NCBI RefSeq assembly: GCF_006345805.1
Contig: NC_043001.1
Span: 1,736,001 to 1,800,000, forward strand
Direction: 5' to 3'
Origin: Octopus sinensis
Taxonomy: Eukaryota
Length of the DNA stretch: 64,000 bases
In this document: positions 1 to 12,287 of the stretch, piece after piece
How the letters are laid out: every line of letters starts with the position of its first letter
Numbering within the stretch: position 1 is the stretch's first letter
The notes under the pieces: model-generated
What the model was told of the DNA's origin: nothing
Seen by the model: the letters and a program-made list of their open reading frames with translations, nothing else
Database searches by the model: none
Translations under genes and position numbers: made by a program

Positions 1-236
1 GTAAAATGTTAGCTTTGGGCTGAAAGTAGAAGAGGATAGAAATATCACATGAAAAGTTTAGCTGCAGGTGAATCCTGGAGTGAAACAGAAACAACAACCC
101 TAGTTTAGCAGACTTGTGATCAAAGGCAGTCTAGCCATGACCATCCTGCTTTCTTCTGGCCATGTAGGACTCTGTTATCTCATTGTCTTTCCCATTATGA
201 AAGATGGTAGAATGGGATTCGAATAAAAAATTTGGT

Positions 237-980
237 TGTTTTTTTTTTTTTTTTCTGAACTGATTGAGCAATTGCTTTGATGTTCCCATCATTGGCTTGA
301 AGAAGAAGAAGAAGAAGAAGAAGAAGAAGAAGAAGAAGAAGAAGAAGAAAAATAAGAAGAAGGAGGAGGAGGAGGAAGAAAAAGAAGAGGAGAGAAAAAA
401 AGAAGAAGAAAGAGGAGGAGGAGGAAGAGAGGAGAGAAGAAAAAAAAGAGAGAAAGAGGAGGAGGAGGATGAGAGAGGAAAGAAAAAGAAGAAGAAGAAG
501 AAGAGAAAAAGAGAAGAAGGAGAGGAGGAAGGAGGAGGAAGAAAAAGAAGAATGGAGGAGGAAAGAAAAAGAAGAGAAAAGAGGAGGAGAAGGAGGAGAA
601 GAAAAAGAAGAAGATGAAGAAGAAGAAAAAGAAGAAGAATAAGAATAAAGAAGAGAAGGAGAGGAGGAAAAGGAGGAGAAGGAGGAGAAGAGGAGAAGAG
701 GAAAAAGAAGAAGAAGAGGGGAGGAAGGAGGAGGAGGAAGAAAAAAGAAAAGATGAAGAAGAGAAGAAGAGAAGAGGAGAAGGAGGAGAAAGAGGAGAAG
801 GAAGAAGAGGAGAAGAGGAGAAGAGGAGAAGGAGGAGAAGAGAGAAGGAAAGGAGAGAGAAGAAGAAGAAGAAGAAGAAGAAGGAGGAAGAATTGAGGAG
901 AAGGGGGAGGAGGAGAAGAGAAATAAGAAGAAAAGAAGAAGAAGAAGAAGGAGGAGAAGGAGGTAAGAAGAGAAGAGAAG

Positions 981-1012
<32 letters not shown>

Positions 1013-1035
1013 GTAGTTGTAGTAGTAGTAGAGTT
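237..1035. repeat. Compound purine-rich simple repeat, (GAA)n/(GGA)n, preceded by a poly-T run
   Basis: Visible long GAA/GGA/AGA arrays; accounts for the poly-K/E/R and poly-L/S/F ORFs 195..1103, 264..617, 289..1488 and 614..1060. Confidence 0.97.
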
Positions 1036-1565
1036 AGTGTTAAGAAAGACCGAATCTTGATGTGACAATTGTAGCAATGGTGATTCCTTCCTTCCTCCAT
1101 CAAGTTTGAAAGTCAATAAGAATCGGGATAAGTGCAGTTGGCTGGTCTGAGCCTGTTCTAGGCGAAGACCTTGTGTTGCTGGTTTGTGGTGAGGAGATAA
1201 AATATTTATATTACAAAAACCTGAGATAATTTGATGTCTTTCGAGGAAAGAGAAATATCTGTGTCGCATGGCACCTTGAAAGCCTGGAGTGGGTTCCATC
1301 AGGCTGTGAGGTGTTCTTGTAATTAGAGATAAATAAAAGAGAAATACAGAAATGGAAGAATGGAAGAATGTATGAAGTGAATGAAAGAAAGAAACTCTCA
1401 GCCATTTTACTGCCTTGACAAAAGTAAGTAAACACCGGATGACAGAGCATTGGCTGTTATATGTCTGAAGAGAAGGTGAGATGGTCATGGTAGGAAGGTA
1501 CTTCGTTACAGGTCTGTTGGACCAGCATTGAGCTGGGATTAAACAACAACTGTAACACTACAACC

Positions 1566-1613
1566 ATGATGATGATGATGATGATGATATCACTGTCACC
1601 ACCATCACTGCTG

Positions 1614-1662
<49 letters not shown>

Positions 1663-2050
1663 CCCCCCCCCCGCTACAACCACAAAAGCTGCTGCTGCTG
1701 CTGACAGTTATGACAACTCAAACAACAATGACAATGATGATGATGATTATGATGATGAAGATGACTACCCCCACCACAATCACAACCACCACCACCACCA
1801 CCACCACTAATAACAACACCAACACCACCACCACCTCTGCTGCAACCACCTCTGCCGCCACCACCACCACTACCACCACCACCACCACCACCTCCGCCGC
1901 CGCCACCGCCACCACCACCACCACCACTACCACCACCACCACCTCTGCCGCCGCCGCCGCCGCCGCCGCCACCGCCACCGCCACCGCCACCACCACCACC
2001 ACTACCACCACCACCACCTCCGCCGCCGCCACCGCCACCGCCACCATACC
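1566..2050. repeat. Compound trinucleotide repeat block (ATG, CTG, ACC, GCC)
   Basis: Successive (ATG)n, (CTG)n, (GAT)n and (CAC/GCC)n arrays; accounts for the poly-M/C/T/G/V ORFs. Confidence 0.95.
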
Positions 2051-3909
2051 ACCGCCATTGCACTACTGTATATATTCATGTTTTTAGTTCCTCTCACTTT
2101 GGAGTTGCTATTTGTCTCTTAAAATCAAATTTGCTGGTGGAGAGTTGGAAGCTGGTGGTGTTTGGTGATTGGTTGGTGAATGTAGAGAGACATACCCATA
2201 AGATTTTTAGCTGTGTGGCTGACATCTACCCAGCTTGTTCTAAATTCTAATGAATGCCATATTAGTCAGTGAAATCATGTTACCATGAGAAAAGTCATTA
2301 ATGATTGATTGATCAAATAAAAACCTGCTTTCAGTTTTCTATTTGATCAACGATGTGACGCCGTCTGCTAATAAGGTATTGTTTCTCTGATTCTATAATT
2401 TGGCAAAGAGTACGATGCTGTGGGGGAAAGTTTTTGGCAAACCTAATTTCTCAGCTGAATTTCAATTGTAACATGCGGTGTCTTTCCGCATGACTCGTTT
2501 CCCTTCCCCCTTCAGGGAAAGAAATGAAAGCCACAGAGTCTTCAAATTATTCATTATAGGCTTTAATTTCAGTGTAGATGTATTAAAGAAGCTGCTTTGC
2601 AAACACATTGGTTCTAGGTTCAAACTCATTACATGGCACCTTGGACAAGAATTTTCCTACCATAGTGTTAGGTGGAGATGAAAGTGAGTGAAATATGGTT
2701 AATAGAAATTGGGTGGTACTCTACTAGACAATTCTCTCAATTCTTATGGAGTAAATTATTCTGTAGCCTGAAATAATACCATCATTTGATTCTCAACAAG
2801 CTTCAATGGAATCCATTCTGGTGCATGCATAAACACCAGGTTTCCATTCTTAAGATAATTCAAAATGTTGATGCCCTGCTTCCAACTGAAAACATGTGAC
2901 CCAATGGTTACAGAATTACCTTGTAGACTCATAAGATCATAGATTTCATTTCTGGTCCATGAGCAACACTTTATTTCACCTTGTTCCAGTCTACTTGGCT
3001 TGAAACAAGTAATGGTGCTCATAACAACTCTTTTCGCTCACATCTTGAATGTTTTTGTTTTCTTTTTGGTGGAGGGGTCAAAGACTGAGAAGGATGAAAA
3101 GGGGCCTACATCTGCTCATGGCTACTTGCAAGCAAGTCATAACTATATATTATTATACTTTCTTTTTTGACTTTCAACTATAATAATTTATAAATCAGGA
3201 TTTCTTTCCCTTCCCTTACCACCCCAGTTTCTGGGAACCTGCACAAAATATCGTGGACAGGACATTGGCCTTCCCCTTCTCACTAATCTATAGTGATGAC
3301 ATCTGAGACAAAAGTGAGCAATGTGTCCACTGATTGCTACACAAAGCATGTAGCTATCATTGGCTTTCACAATGTCTTATTTATCTTCTTTTATAATCCT
3401 GATACATAATACCAACTTATGAAACCATAATTCTATAATTCTATAATTCCATAATTCTATAAATTGGTATCAGGTATTTCTATCAGGTTTGGGATTAATC
3501 TGTTCTCAATCCTAATAAGTTCTGGAAATCTATATAATTGCATAACCTTTTGCTGTAGACTAGCAATTAATTTAAGCAGAGATGTATAGAGGAGATAATT
3601 AATTTTTTCACACAATGTCCTACAGTTCAAAGCATTTTCCTTTTATTTCTCTTTATTAATTTCATTTGTTGTTGTTGTTGCTGCTGTTGTACAGTTCTTT
3701 TCATATTACAAGCAAAGACAGAAATTATGCATTTTCGCAATAATTACTATGGTTTTTCTTTATGTTATTATATTTAATATGTAATATTAAATATCAGAAA
3801 TTAGAATGTTTAGCTTGATGTTGCAATAATTGTTACTATCAGACAGATATCATTTTTTGGAGTAACTCTGTTCCCAATTGGCGTATGTTATAGAAACCAC
3901 TTCCATTAA

Positions 3910-4254
3910 ACACAAGTACATGTATATATATGTATGTATGGATATATATATATATTTATACATGTGTATATATATATGTGTGTGTGTGTGTGCATGTATG
4001 TCTGTATGTATGTATATAAACACACACGTGTGTGTGTGTGTGTGGTGTGTGTATCTATGTATATCAAAGGAATAGTTACTAATATGAGATAAAGGTGCAA
4101 GCTTGTATAATAATTAGTTTACTCACACAAAATTCTTTTCAGCAGAAGTTGTGCATTTTTCTGTACATATTTACTGATGTGCATATATATATAATATATA
4201 TATGTATGCATATATATATAGTATATGTATGTATGTATGTAAATATATATATAT

Positions 4255-4288
<34 letters not shown>

Positions 4289-4768
4289 ATATATGCTTAG
4301 GGTGCCTATCACAAAATAATAGTAAAATATCTGAAATTGAAATGACTGGGAATATTTCTGTTGTTGTTGTTGTTGATGTTATTTGTTGCAATGTTTGTTG
4401 CTATGTTTCCCCGCTCTGTCGTATTTTATTTATTTATCTTTATTTTTATTTTATTATATATATATATTTTCTTCTTTTTGCATCTTTAGCTGCTTTCTAT
4501 AGTTTCTAAAGTACAGTGATGTTGTTTATGGATTGTCTAATATGTCTAATGGAACATAACTAGAAACATAAATAATATAACATGGTCAGTGAATCTGACA
4601 TTTACATTAATCTTAAAAGAAATCTAAATAGTCAGACCTGCTGAAAGAGTAGCTTGATTGATGCCTATATGTTTATCGCCCAACTATATCGTGCGTTCTA
4701 CTTTCTGAACAAATATAAACGCACAATAAATCAATCTGTATATACACACATATATATATATATACATA

Positions 4769-4808
<40 letters not shown>

Positions 4809-4825
4809 ATCTATATATCTATATA

Positions 4826-4872
<47 letters not shown>

Positions 4873-4934
4873 ATACTGATATATATATACACACATGCAG
4901 TGATATATATATATACATACATACATATCTATAA

Positions 4935-4995
<61 letters not shown>
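3910..4995. repeat. (TA)n/(TG)n/(TATC)n microsatellite clusters
   Basis: Arrays at about 3910-4065, 4180-4295 and 4735-4995. Confidence 0.9.
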
Positions 4996-5271
4996 TCTTG
5001 TCTTTAATTCATATGTTTATATGCTTGTTTGTTGATTTTGATGTTGTTTTGTGTTTTGCAGATGGTGGAAGTTGTCTCTTAATTTTTATTTATTTTATAT
5101 ATTAATTTATTTACATTTGGATTTCTTGCTCCGCAGTAACAAATTTTTCTACCATTTCTCTTTCAATTGCATGGTTCCATTTGCTGGCTGCAACAGGCTT
5201 GCTTTTTTTTTTTTTTTTCTTTGAAGACTTTCTACTATTTTATCTTTTCCTGCCTTTCCCCCCCCCCCATA

Positions 5272-5530
5272 AGGCCTATGAAACCAGGGGAATTACGAGA
5301 ATGAACAGAAGAAAAACCATCAAGAATAAATGAGGCTGTTGAAAAAGCACCAAGATGGCTCTGGCTGAAAAGGGGTGATCTGTAGGGTCAGTAGGGGTCA
5401 GTAGAATGCCAGTTGGATAGAGGCCAAGGCATCATCAACTTTTGTGTGGTTGACATACCTGAGAAGGTATATTGTGAGGCCCAAAATAAAAAGTGACCCC
5501 AGAATAAAATATTGATGATGTGTCCATGAT
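5272..5530 (+). mobile_element. 3' remnant of a restriction-like-endonuclease LINE (HERO/NeSL-like)
   Basis: Translates, with one frameshift, as GITRMNRRKTIKN..EAVEKAPRWLWLKRGDL*, resembling the C-terminal EAAEKASRWLWLKR motif of HERO-type ORFs. It is followed by a putative 3' UTR ending TTGATGATGTGTCC. Confidence 0.55.
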
Positions 5531-6519
5531 CTGTATGTGTAGATATAAGTCAAACTCAAATTTGTATATATATATGTGTGTGTGTGTGTGTTCATGTATA
5601 TTTTGGTGCAAATGGTTTTCTTATACAGTGCTGGGTTTTGCAATCCTGTAAATAATAATAATGGTATTTATATAAGCCTAAAGCTTATAGCGATCATCAT
5701 GCAATGACTAAGAAAAATAGTTTAATAATGGGGCATATAAGCCCTAACAGAAAAATGTAGGCTTTCCTATTTGTGTGGGACTTGAATCCAAATCCCTTTG
5801 TTAACGTGACTAAGTGCGTTACCATTACACCAGTGAATAAGCCTCTCTGTGTCTGTCAAATATATACACATACATATACAGAGAGAGAAAAAGAGAGGGT
5901 GGGGTGTCTATAAAGTTCATGTGCAATTTAAAATACTTGTAGCTTTGTATCTTTTCATGATAAAACTAATCTGTAAAAAGGAATAAGAAAGAACAAGTAT
6001 TTGAATTTATTATTTGGATTGTTGATTTTCAACATGTCCACCAATGTTATGTATACAAACAGTTATATATGATTCTGTGGGTTTTGGAAAACATTTTGCA
6101 GCTGATTTACATTAATACCATCCATCACATCAATTATCCTAATTTACAAGTCCTCTAAAGATCAAAATTTAGTTGAATAGACATTACTTACCTTTACTGT
6201 AACAAGTTCTTAACCTTCTTTGGATAATGATGGTAGATTTTAGCTCAGCCAACCAAAGAACACAGTTTACTTTCTCTTCCGTGAAGCCATGGGTTAACAA
6301 CAACTCTGTAAAAAAAGCAGTCAATTTTTTTTTGTTTTAGGAAATAAATGAAAGAATACCAGGAAAAAAATAATGGATAAATTTTGCAAAGACAGAAAAA
6401 ACTTGACACATTGAGCTTTCTGAGCATTTTTTGCAAATTCAGTCCATCAAATATGGATACCATCTGTATATACATACATAAATATACACACATACATACA
6501 TACATACATACATATACAC

Positions 6520-6567
<48 letters not shown>

Positions 6568-6569
<2 letters not shown>

Positions 6570-6725
6570 TATCATCATCCTCATCACAATTTAACATCCA
6601 TTTTCCATGCTGGCACAGGTTGGACATTTTGACAGGAGCAGGCAAAGCCAGGAGCCAGACCAAGTCCCATTATCTGATTTGGAATGGTGTCTACAGCTGG
6701 ATGCCCTTCCTAATGCCTGTGTTAT
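6568..6725 (-). mobile_element. SINE-like family C (TAGGAAGGGCATCCAGC ... CATGGAAAA ... (TGA)n tail)
   Basis: The same core recurs at about 11690-11810(-), 19905-20085(+), 36140-36325(+), 39545-39910(-), 43150-43260(+), 56790-57165(+) and 57835-57960(-). Confidence 0.85.
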
Positions 6726-7459
6726 TCAACTAACATTACCTAATATTATAAAATATTATACAACAAAATGTTTTGATATTTTATTTATATTTTGATAACA
6801 ATATGTATAAAAATATAATATAAAACAACACAATAATTATCATTAAATAACAAAATAATGAATATTAAAATACTGTTACATTAAATAATCATGAAAGTTC
6901 ACAAATTATTACTTATATACAACAACAATGATAAATAACTTATTTATACTGGGTATTAGGGTTAAGGTTAGGGTTAGGGACCAGCACCATACCCTCCCCC
7001 ACACACACATAAAAGTTTAGCTAACAACCTGTCTAAAGGAAGTCAAATATTAAACTAATTGTCATTTTGTTCTGGTCTTTTCCAAATGTTTAAGAATATA
7101 CCAACCAAGACATTCTCTCAATAGTCACCTGACCTGTCAAGGTGACTTATGTTGCATAACACAAAGGTGACTTCATGATCTGATGTCTTAATCTTCTGCC
7201 ATTGTAAAAATACAATGGTCAAAATTGAAATGATAATTATCATCAGATTATAGTCAAATGTTGACATTACACCAAAATCAAACATTTAAAAGTTCTATTA
7301 TTTCCATATATGGACACAGGTACCTACTATTAAACATTTATCAAGCCAACACGGAGACAGATATATACTTGTGGGATATATTAAAAGTAAGTAGCAGTTG
7401 AATCTCTCATAAAATAGATGTTAGCATCTTCAAAGACAAATAAATGAAATAGATAAAAA

Positions 7460-7850
7460 TAGGAAAGATGTACTGGATAAAGAAGTCCTGGATTGGTTAT
7501 GTCTGAAAAGACTAAAAGAGAAATCCAGAGAGCAATGGCTGTTAAAGCCTTTAACTCTTTAACATTTGAACTGGTCATTTATGGCCAAAATATTCTCCTT
7601 GTTTCATGTTCAAACTGGCCAAACCAGCTCTTTCCTGCTTACCCCCTACAAATGCCATACTAGAAAAAAAAATCACATTTATCAAAATCTCTTGAGGCTT
7701 TGAGATTAATAATGCATGATTAATTCAAAACAATGTGAATAAACAAGAATTAACGTTTGACAGAGGAATCTGAATGCTAAAGGGTTAAACCAAGGTGGAT
7801 GGATTAAGGCTGACCTGGGGCTGAACAATCACCGCAATGTATATCACCTC
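7460..7850. repeat. Interspersed family D copy (GGCTGACCTGGGGCT..AACAA / GAGATTTGGCTGCTATTTC), interrupted by a MITE
   Basis: Related segments recur at about 60-180, 1440-1555, 17700-17910, 20265-20450, 21090-21200, 32930-33080, 41330-41480, 41790-41880, 42620-42840, 49660-49870, 51190-51400 and 58925-59020. Confidence 0.7.
7551..7788. mobile_element. MITE with TTAA ends
   Basis: Terminal inverted repeats TTAACTCTTTAACATT (7551) and AATGCTAAAGGGTTAA (7773-7788). Removing the element with one TTAA restores a continuous family D sequence. Confidence 0.8.
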
Positions 7851-8486
7851 AGTTGACACTAAATCTTTCTTTCTTTCTTTCTTTCTCTCCCATTCTCTCT
7901 TTCCTCCCCCAGACAGCATGTCATTCTCCTGAAAGACAGATTCCTCTTTCTCCCTGTGACATACGAGACTTGTAGAGAATTGTGTGTTTAGTTTGTCCTA
8001 ACCAGAAACTGCAAAGTAACAGTGTGAACAGCAGTTTTGTTTATATTCTCTACTGATCGATAATTCTATGTACAAGCCATAGTAACCGTTATAAATACAG
8101 TGACAAGCTATAACAACCATTATATATTTTATGCAAAGCAATGAAAGCCGTTATATATATGGTGGCAAGCTACAGCAACTGGTACAAATAGTACATAGGA
8201 TATGAGGCTTCAGTTTTTGACACCAGGAAATTAATACACAACAAGAAATTTCATGCAAAATGTTATAGATAAACCCAAAGGTATAAATACCTCTGAGATG
8301 TGGGATAACAAAGATGAACAGCATTCTATAAATATGTTGCTAAGTTACATATATACATATTATGTGAATGCATGTGTATATGTGTGTATATACATTTTTT
8401 AAGCAAACTCAAAATTACTCAATTATGCAAACATACTTTTTCCAGTAACAATATAAAATTCCTATATCCTCACCACATAACTAAAC

Positions 8487-8521
<35 letters not shown>

Positions 8522-8524
<3 letters not shown>

Positions 8525-9303
8525 CTTGATCACCTTGACCGACCAGTCCGTCGGGCGTCCATTTGACACCGCTGGTCACAGCACGCTGTCCACTCCTCTC
8601 CGGATCTTTCTCATCCACGTGATCCCAATCGTCCTCCTGAAATCGTAACTGCACTGTCGTGGAGGTCTTCCGAGTGGTTATTTCCACTCGTGCGGGTACC
8701 ACTCGACAACTGCGCGGGTCTAACGATTATCGGTGAGCCGGTCGACGTGTCCAGCCCATCTAAACTTGCTGCGTGTATACTCAGCGATGACATCCCTCAC
8801 GCTAGACTTCTTTCTGATGATCTCGCTACTGATGTGCTCTCTCAACGAGATTCCAAGCATTGACTTTTCCATGGCTCTTTAAGCCATTACCAATCTCTGC
8901 TCTTCTCTCTTTGTTGTAGCCCATGTTTCTCTACCATATAACATTGCAGGTAGAACAGTGCTGTTGATGAGGTTGGCGCGGGTGGTCCTGTCCAACCTTC
9001 CCTTGAGCACATCCCTTATGCCATTAAACGCCTTCCATCCGGCCCTTACTCTCCGTGAGATCTCCTTTTCGATATCTAGGCACATATTCACTTCCTGTCC
9101 CAGGTAGACATATTCCTTTACCTCCTCTACTTCATCACTGCCGATCACCATTCGACCTGTTGGTACGTTGTCTGACTGCATGAACCTCGTTTTCATGAGG
9201 TTCATCTTGAGACTTACTGCAGAGCTTTTGATGTCGAGCTCCGTCAGCATGGTCTGAAGCTGATCCGTGGTTTCAGCGATGATTACGATGTCGTCAGCGA
9301 AAC
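8522..9303 (-). mobile_element. RTE-clade LINE, 3' segment (RT C-terminus to 3' end)
   Basis: RFADDIV..EEVKEYVYLGQ..EISRRVRAGWKAF..VLPAMLYG.ETW, followed by a terminal (TCAAGGTGA)x2 repeat abutting (TA)n. Confidence 0.93.
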
Positions 9304-9309
9304 GGGACA

Positions 9310-10222
9310 TGGTACTATATAAATTGGAGGTGACGGCCCTGAAGAATACAGATGGAGTACCGGTCAACGATAAGAGCGAGATGGAAAAAGTTTGCGTAGA
9401 CTTCTACACCAAGCTCTTTAAGGCTACCAGAAATGTCCAGCCGTTACCACCACTCCAACAGGAAGAATATGTGCCATCTATCCTTGTCAGTGAGGTTGAA
9501 AGAGCCATCGGCTCGATGAAAAGCGGAAAGGCGCCAAGGAAAGACGGTATAACATCGGAGGTGCTAAAGTCAGGCAGAGAGCAGCTCTGGAAAATCCTCG
9601 CTGAGCGATTTACGCACTATCTAGACGAGGGAAGAATTCCCTCGCAGTGGAAAGAGTCAAATACCATCCTGCTGTATAAGAAGGGCGACAGAGAAGATCT
9701 AAAGCACTACCGACCCATATGCCTGCTGTCTCACGTGTACAAGCTGTTCACGAAGACAATTCTGAACGGGTTGTCACGTCATCTCGACGAACAACAACTG
9801 AAGGAACAAGCCGGCTTCCGGAAAAACTACAGCACAATGGACCATATATTTACTCTAATACAACTGCTTGAGTGAGCGAATGAGTACAAGCAGCCGCTTT
9901 GCGTTGCGTTTGTAGACTATGATAAGGCCTTCGACATCGTCGAAACCAACGCAGTGCTGGACTCGCTGCAGAGGCAAAGAAGTCGAGGCGCAATATGTGC
10001 AACTGCTCAGGGATGCAAATTCCGGATGCACCACTGACATAGCTCTGCTGTCATCACCCGTACGAATGCCGGTCGAGAAGAGAGTGAAGCAAGGAGATAC
10101 GATCTCTCCAAAACTTTTCACCGCATGTCTCGAGCAGATCATCAGAGGCATCGACTGGCAAGGCGGTGTCAACATCAAAGCGAATTCCTCACCCACCTCT
10201 GTTTCGCTGACGACATCGTAAT
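9310..10222 (+). mobile_element. RTE-clade LINE, inverted upstream RT segment of the same element
   Basis: KSGKAPRKDGI..YKKGDREDLKHYRPICLLS..EQAGFRKNYSTMDHI..FVDYDKAFD..VKQGDTISPKLF..HLCFADDIV; contains a stop codon and frameshifts. Confidence 0.93.
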
Positions 10223-10291
<69 letters not shown>

Positions 10292-10353
10292 CAGTTAGTT
10301 ATGTGGTGAGAATATAGGAATTATATATATATATATATTATATTATATATATA

Positions 10354-10410
<57 letters not shown>
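10222..10410. repeat. (CA)n/(TA)n microsatellite
   Basis: Visible array between the RTE and the Tc1 element. Confidence 0.95.
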
Positions 10411-10411
<1 letters not shown>

Positions 10412-10418
10412 CACCACA

Positions 10419-11442
10419 CAGGGGTTGGATAAAATAACGAAAACACCTAGCATCATAGCATAATTTTGAAATATCTATAAAACTGTCAAAAGCTTGTTTA
10501 TTTTTATGTTTTTTATTTATTATTAGTGTTGCTTAATATGTTTTGCTAAAATTGCTGTTTCTCTTCAGATATCATTAGAAAAAAATAATTAAAATTCATT
10601 AAAATGACAGATCTATTGGAATTTCAATTGTTGGTGCTTGTATGGAAGGTGCTAACGTAATGAAAACAGCCGAAATGTTTGGTGTATCAAGAAGTACTGA
10701 CTTGAAAGTAATTACAGCCTTTGAGAAAGAAGGAAAAACCTCCTTGTCGAAACAAAACTCTGGAAGAAAACCAAAACTTTCCGATAGGGACCGTCGGACT
10801 CTTACACGAATTGTTAGAAAGGATCACAAAAGTACAGCTCCCAAAATTACTGTAGAGCTTAATGACCACCTCAAGAACCCAGTTTCCACAAAAATTGTTT
10901 GCCAGGAGCTGCACAAAGCCAGATTTCACGGGAGGGCTGCAATTAGAAAACTACCACTTTCAAAAACAAACGTTGCAAAGCATTTAGAGTGGAGTAAAAA
11001 CCTGCGAAATTGGTCCCTAGAGCAGTGGAAGAATGTTATTTTCTCAGACGAGTCATCCTTTACCTAATTTCTGACCAATGACCGAGTATACATGTGGAGA
11101 CAGCCAAAAGAAGCATTTGACCCAGACTGCCTTCTTCCAACTGTTAAACATGGTGGAGGATCTGTGATGATCTAGGGGGCTATATCTTAGAAATCTGCAG
11201 GCCCCATGGTTTCCCTTCATGGCAGAATTAATAGTCAAGACTATTTAAGCATTTCATCTGATCAAATTCATACTATGGTTGTGAAACTGTTTCTAGAGGG
11301 AAACGCGATCTTTCAGGATGATAATGCACCAATTCATACAGCTAAAGTTGTTACTGCATGGCACAAGGAACATTCTAGTAAAGTTGAAAATCTTATCTAG
11401 CTACCATAGTCCCTAGATCTCAATATTATTGAACATTTATGG
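10419..11442 (+). mobile_element. Tc1-like DNA transposon remnant, DD36E spacing, 3'-truncated
   Basis: Putative 5' TIR CAGGGGTTGGATAAAATA at 10419; ATG at 10604; HTH region (GRKPKLSDRDRR); FSDES, KHGGGSVM, FQDDNAPIH and DLNIIEHLW motifs with several in-frame stops; no right TIR. Confidence 0.92.
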
Positions 11443-11819
11443 TGTGTGTGTTTGTATGAGGTGGGGACAGCATGTCCTGCCATGATTTCACTTACTTTGA
11501 CATGTCTCCTCAAGTACTACAAACCATCAAAAGTCTCAGACTCTCTGAGGCTCAGCATCCATTCATTGATACACTGGTTCCTCAAACAGCAGCCTCTCAA
11601 CTCTGGTTTCTTTCTCTTCTCCTTCTTCACCAATCTTCAGGTCTTGGCAATGACCAGGCGTGATGTTCTTCCATCTTTCTCTAAATAAGTCATATCATCA
11701 TTTTCATGTCCGCGTTTCTCTTCTTGCATGAGTCTTAAACATACTTCATTGAGCCAGATTTTCCACACTTGGATGCCCATCCTGCTGTTAACCCTCACCT
11801 GTTTCTAAGCAATGTAATA

Positions 11820-12035
11820 TTGGTTGCAAATTTTAGCACAAGGCCAGCAATTTTGGGGAAGGGATTAAGTTGATTACATCGACCCCAGTATGCAACTGGT
11901 ATTTCTTTTATCAACTCTGAGAGGATGAAAGATAAAGTTGATCTTGGTAGAATTTGAACTTGGAATATAGCAACAGACAAGATTCCACTAAGCAGCTCAC
12001 CCAACGTGCTAACAATTCTGCCAGCTTGCCACCTT
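11820..12035 (-). mobile_element. tRNA-derived SINE family A, variant tail
   Basis: Reverse complement carries GCTGGCAGAA..TTAGCAC..GTTCAAATT; related to the copies at 13762, 16271 and 22221. Confidence 0.8.
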
Positions 12036-12287
12036 AGAGCAAGGTAATACGAACCCAGGGCCACATGATTTGCGCTAAAGATTGGAAATAAATAACACTG
12101 CTTTACACTTATTTACACAGGTTGACATCATGTGATGCCAAGACAAAGGTATACACAACCACACACACGTCCATACACACAGGTGTGCTCATACACGCAC
12201 ACAACAGCTTTCTTTCACTTTTGTTGAACCAAATCCACTCACAAGACCTCAGTCAACGTGGGGTTATTGTAGAAGACACTTGCCAAA

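Noticed and set aside
195-2087. Long ORFs of up to 399 aa
   Set aside because: They are translations of GAA/GGA/CAC/GCC repeats with no domain content.
2756-3370. Protein-like minus-strand ORFs, one with a GHIAHFC knuckle-like word
   Set aside because: Cys spacing does not fit CCHC, there is no protease or RT downstream, and no family is recognisable.
6951-6980. TTAGGG-like repeats suggesting a telomere
   Set aside because: Only about four imperfect units in an interstitial position; such tracts commonly occur within repeats.
9265-9300. Minus-strand CTGACGA..GAAAC
   Set aside because: Coincidence with the codons for FADDIVIIAET; stem II does not form.
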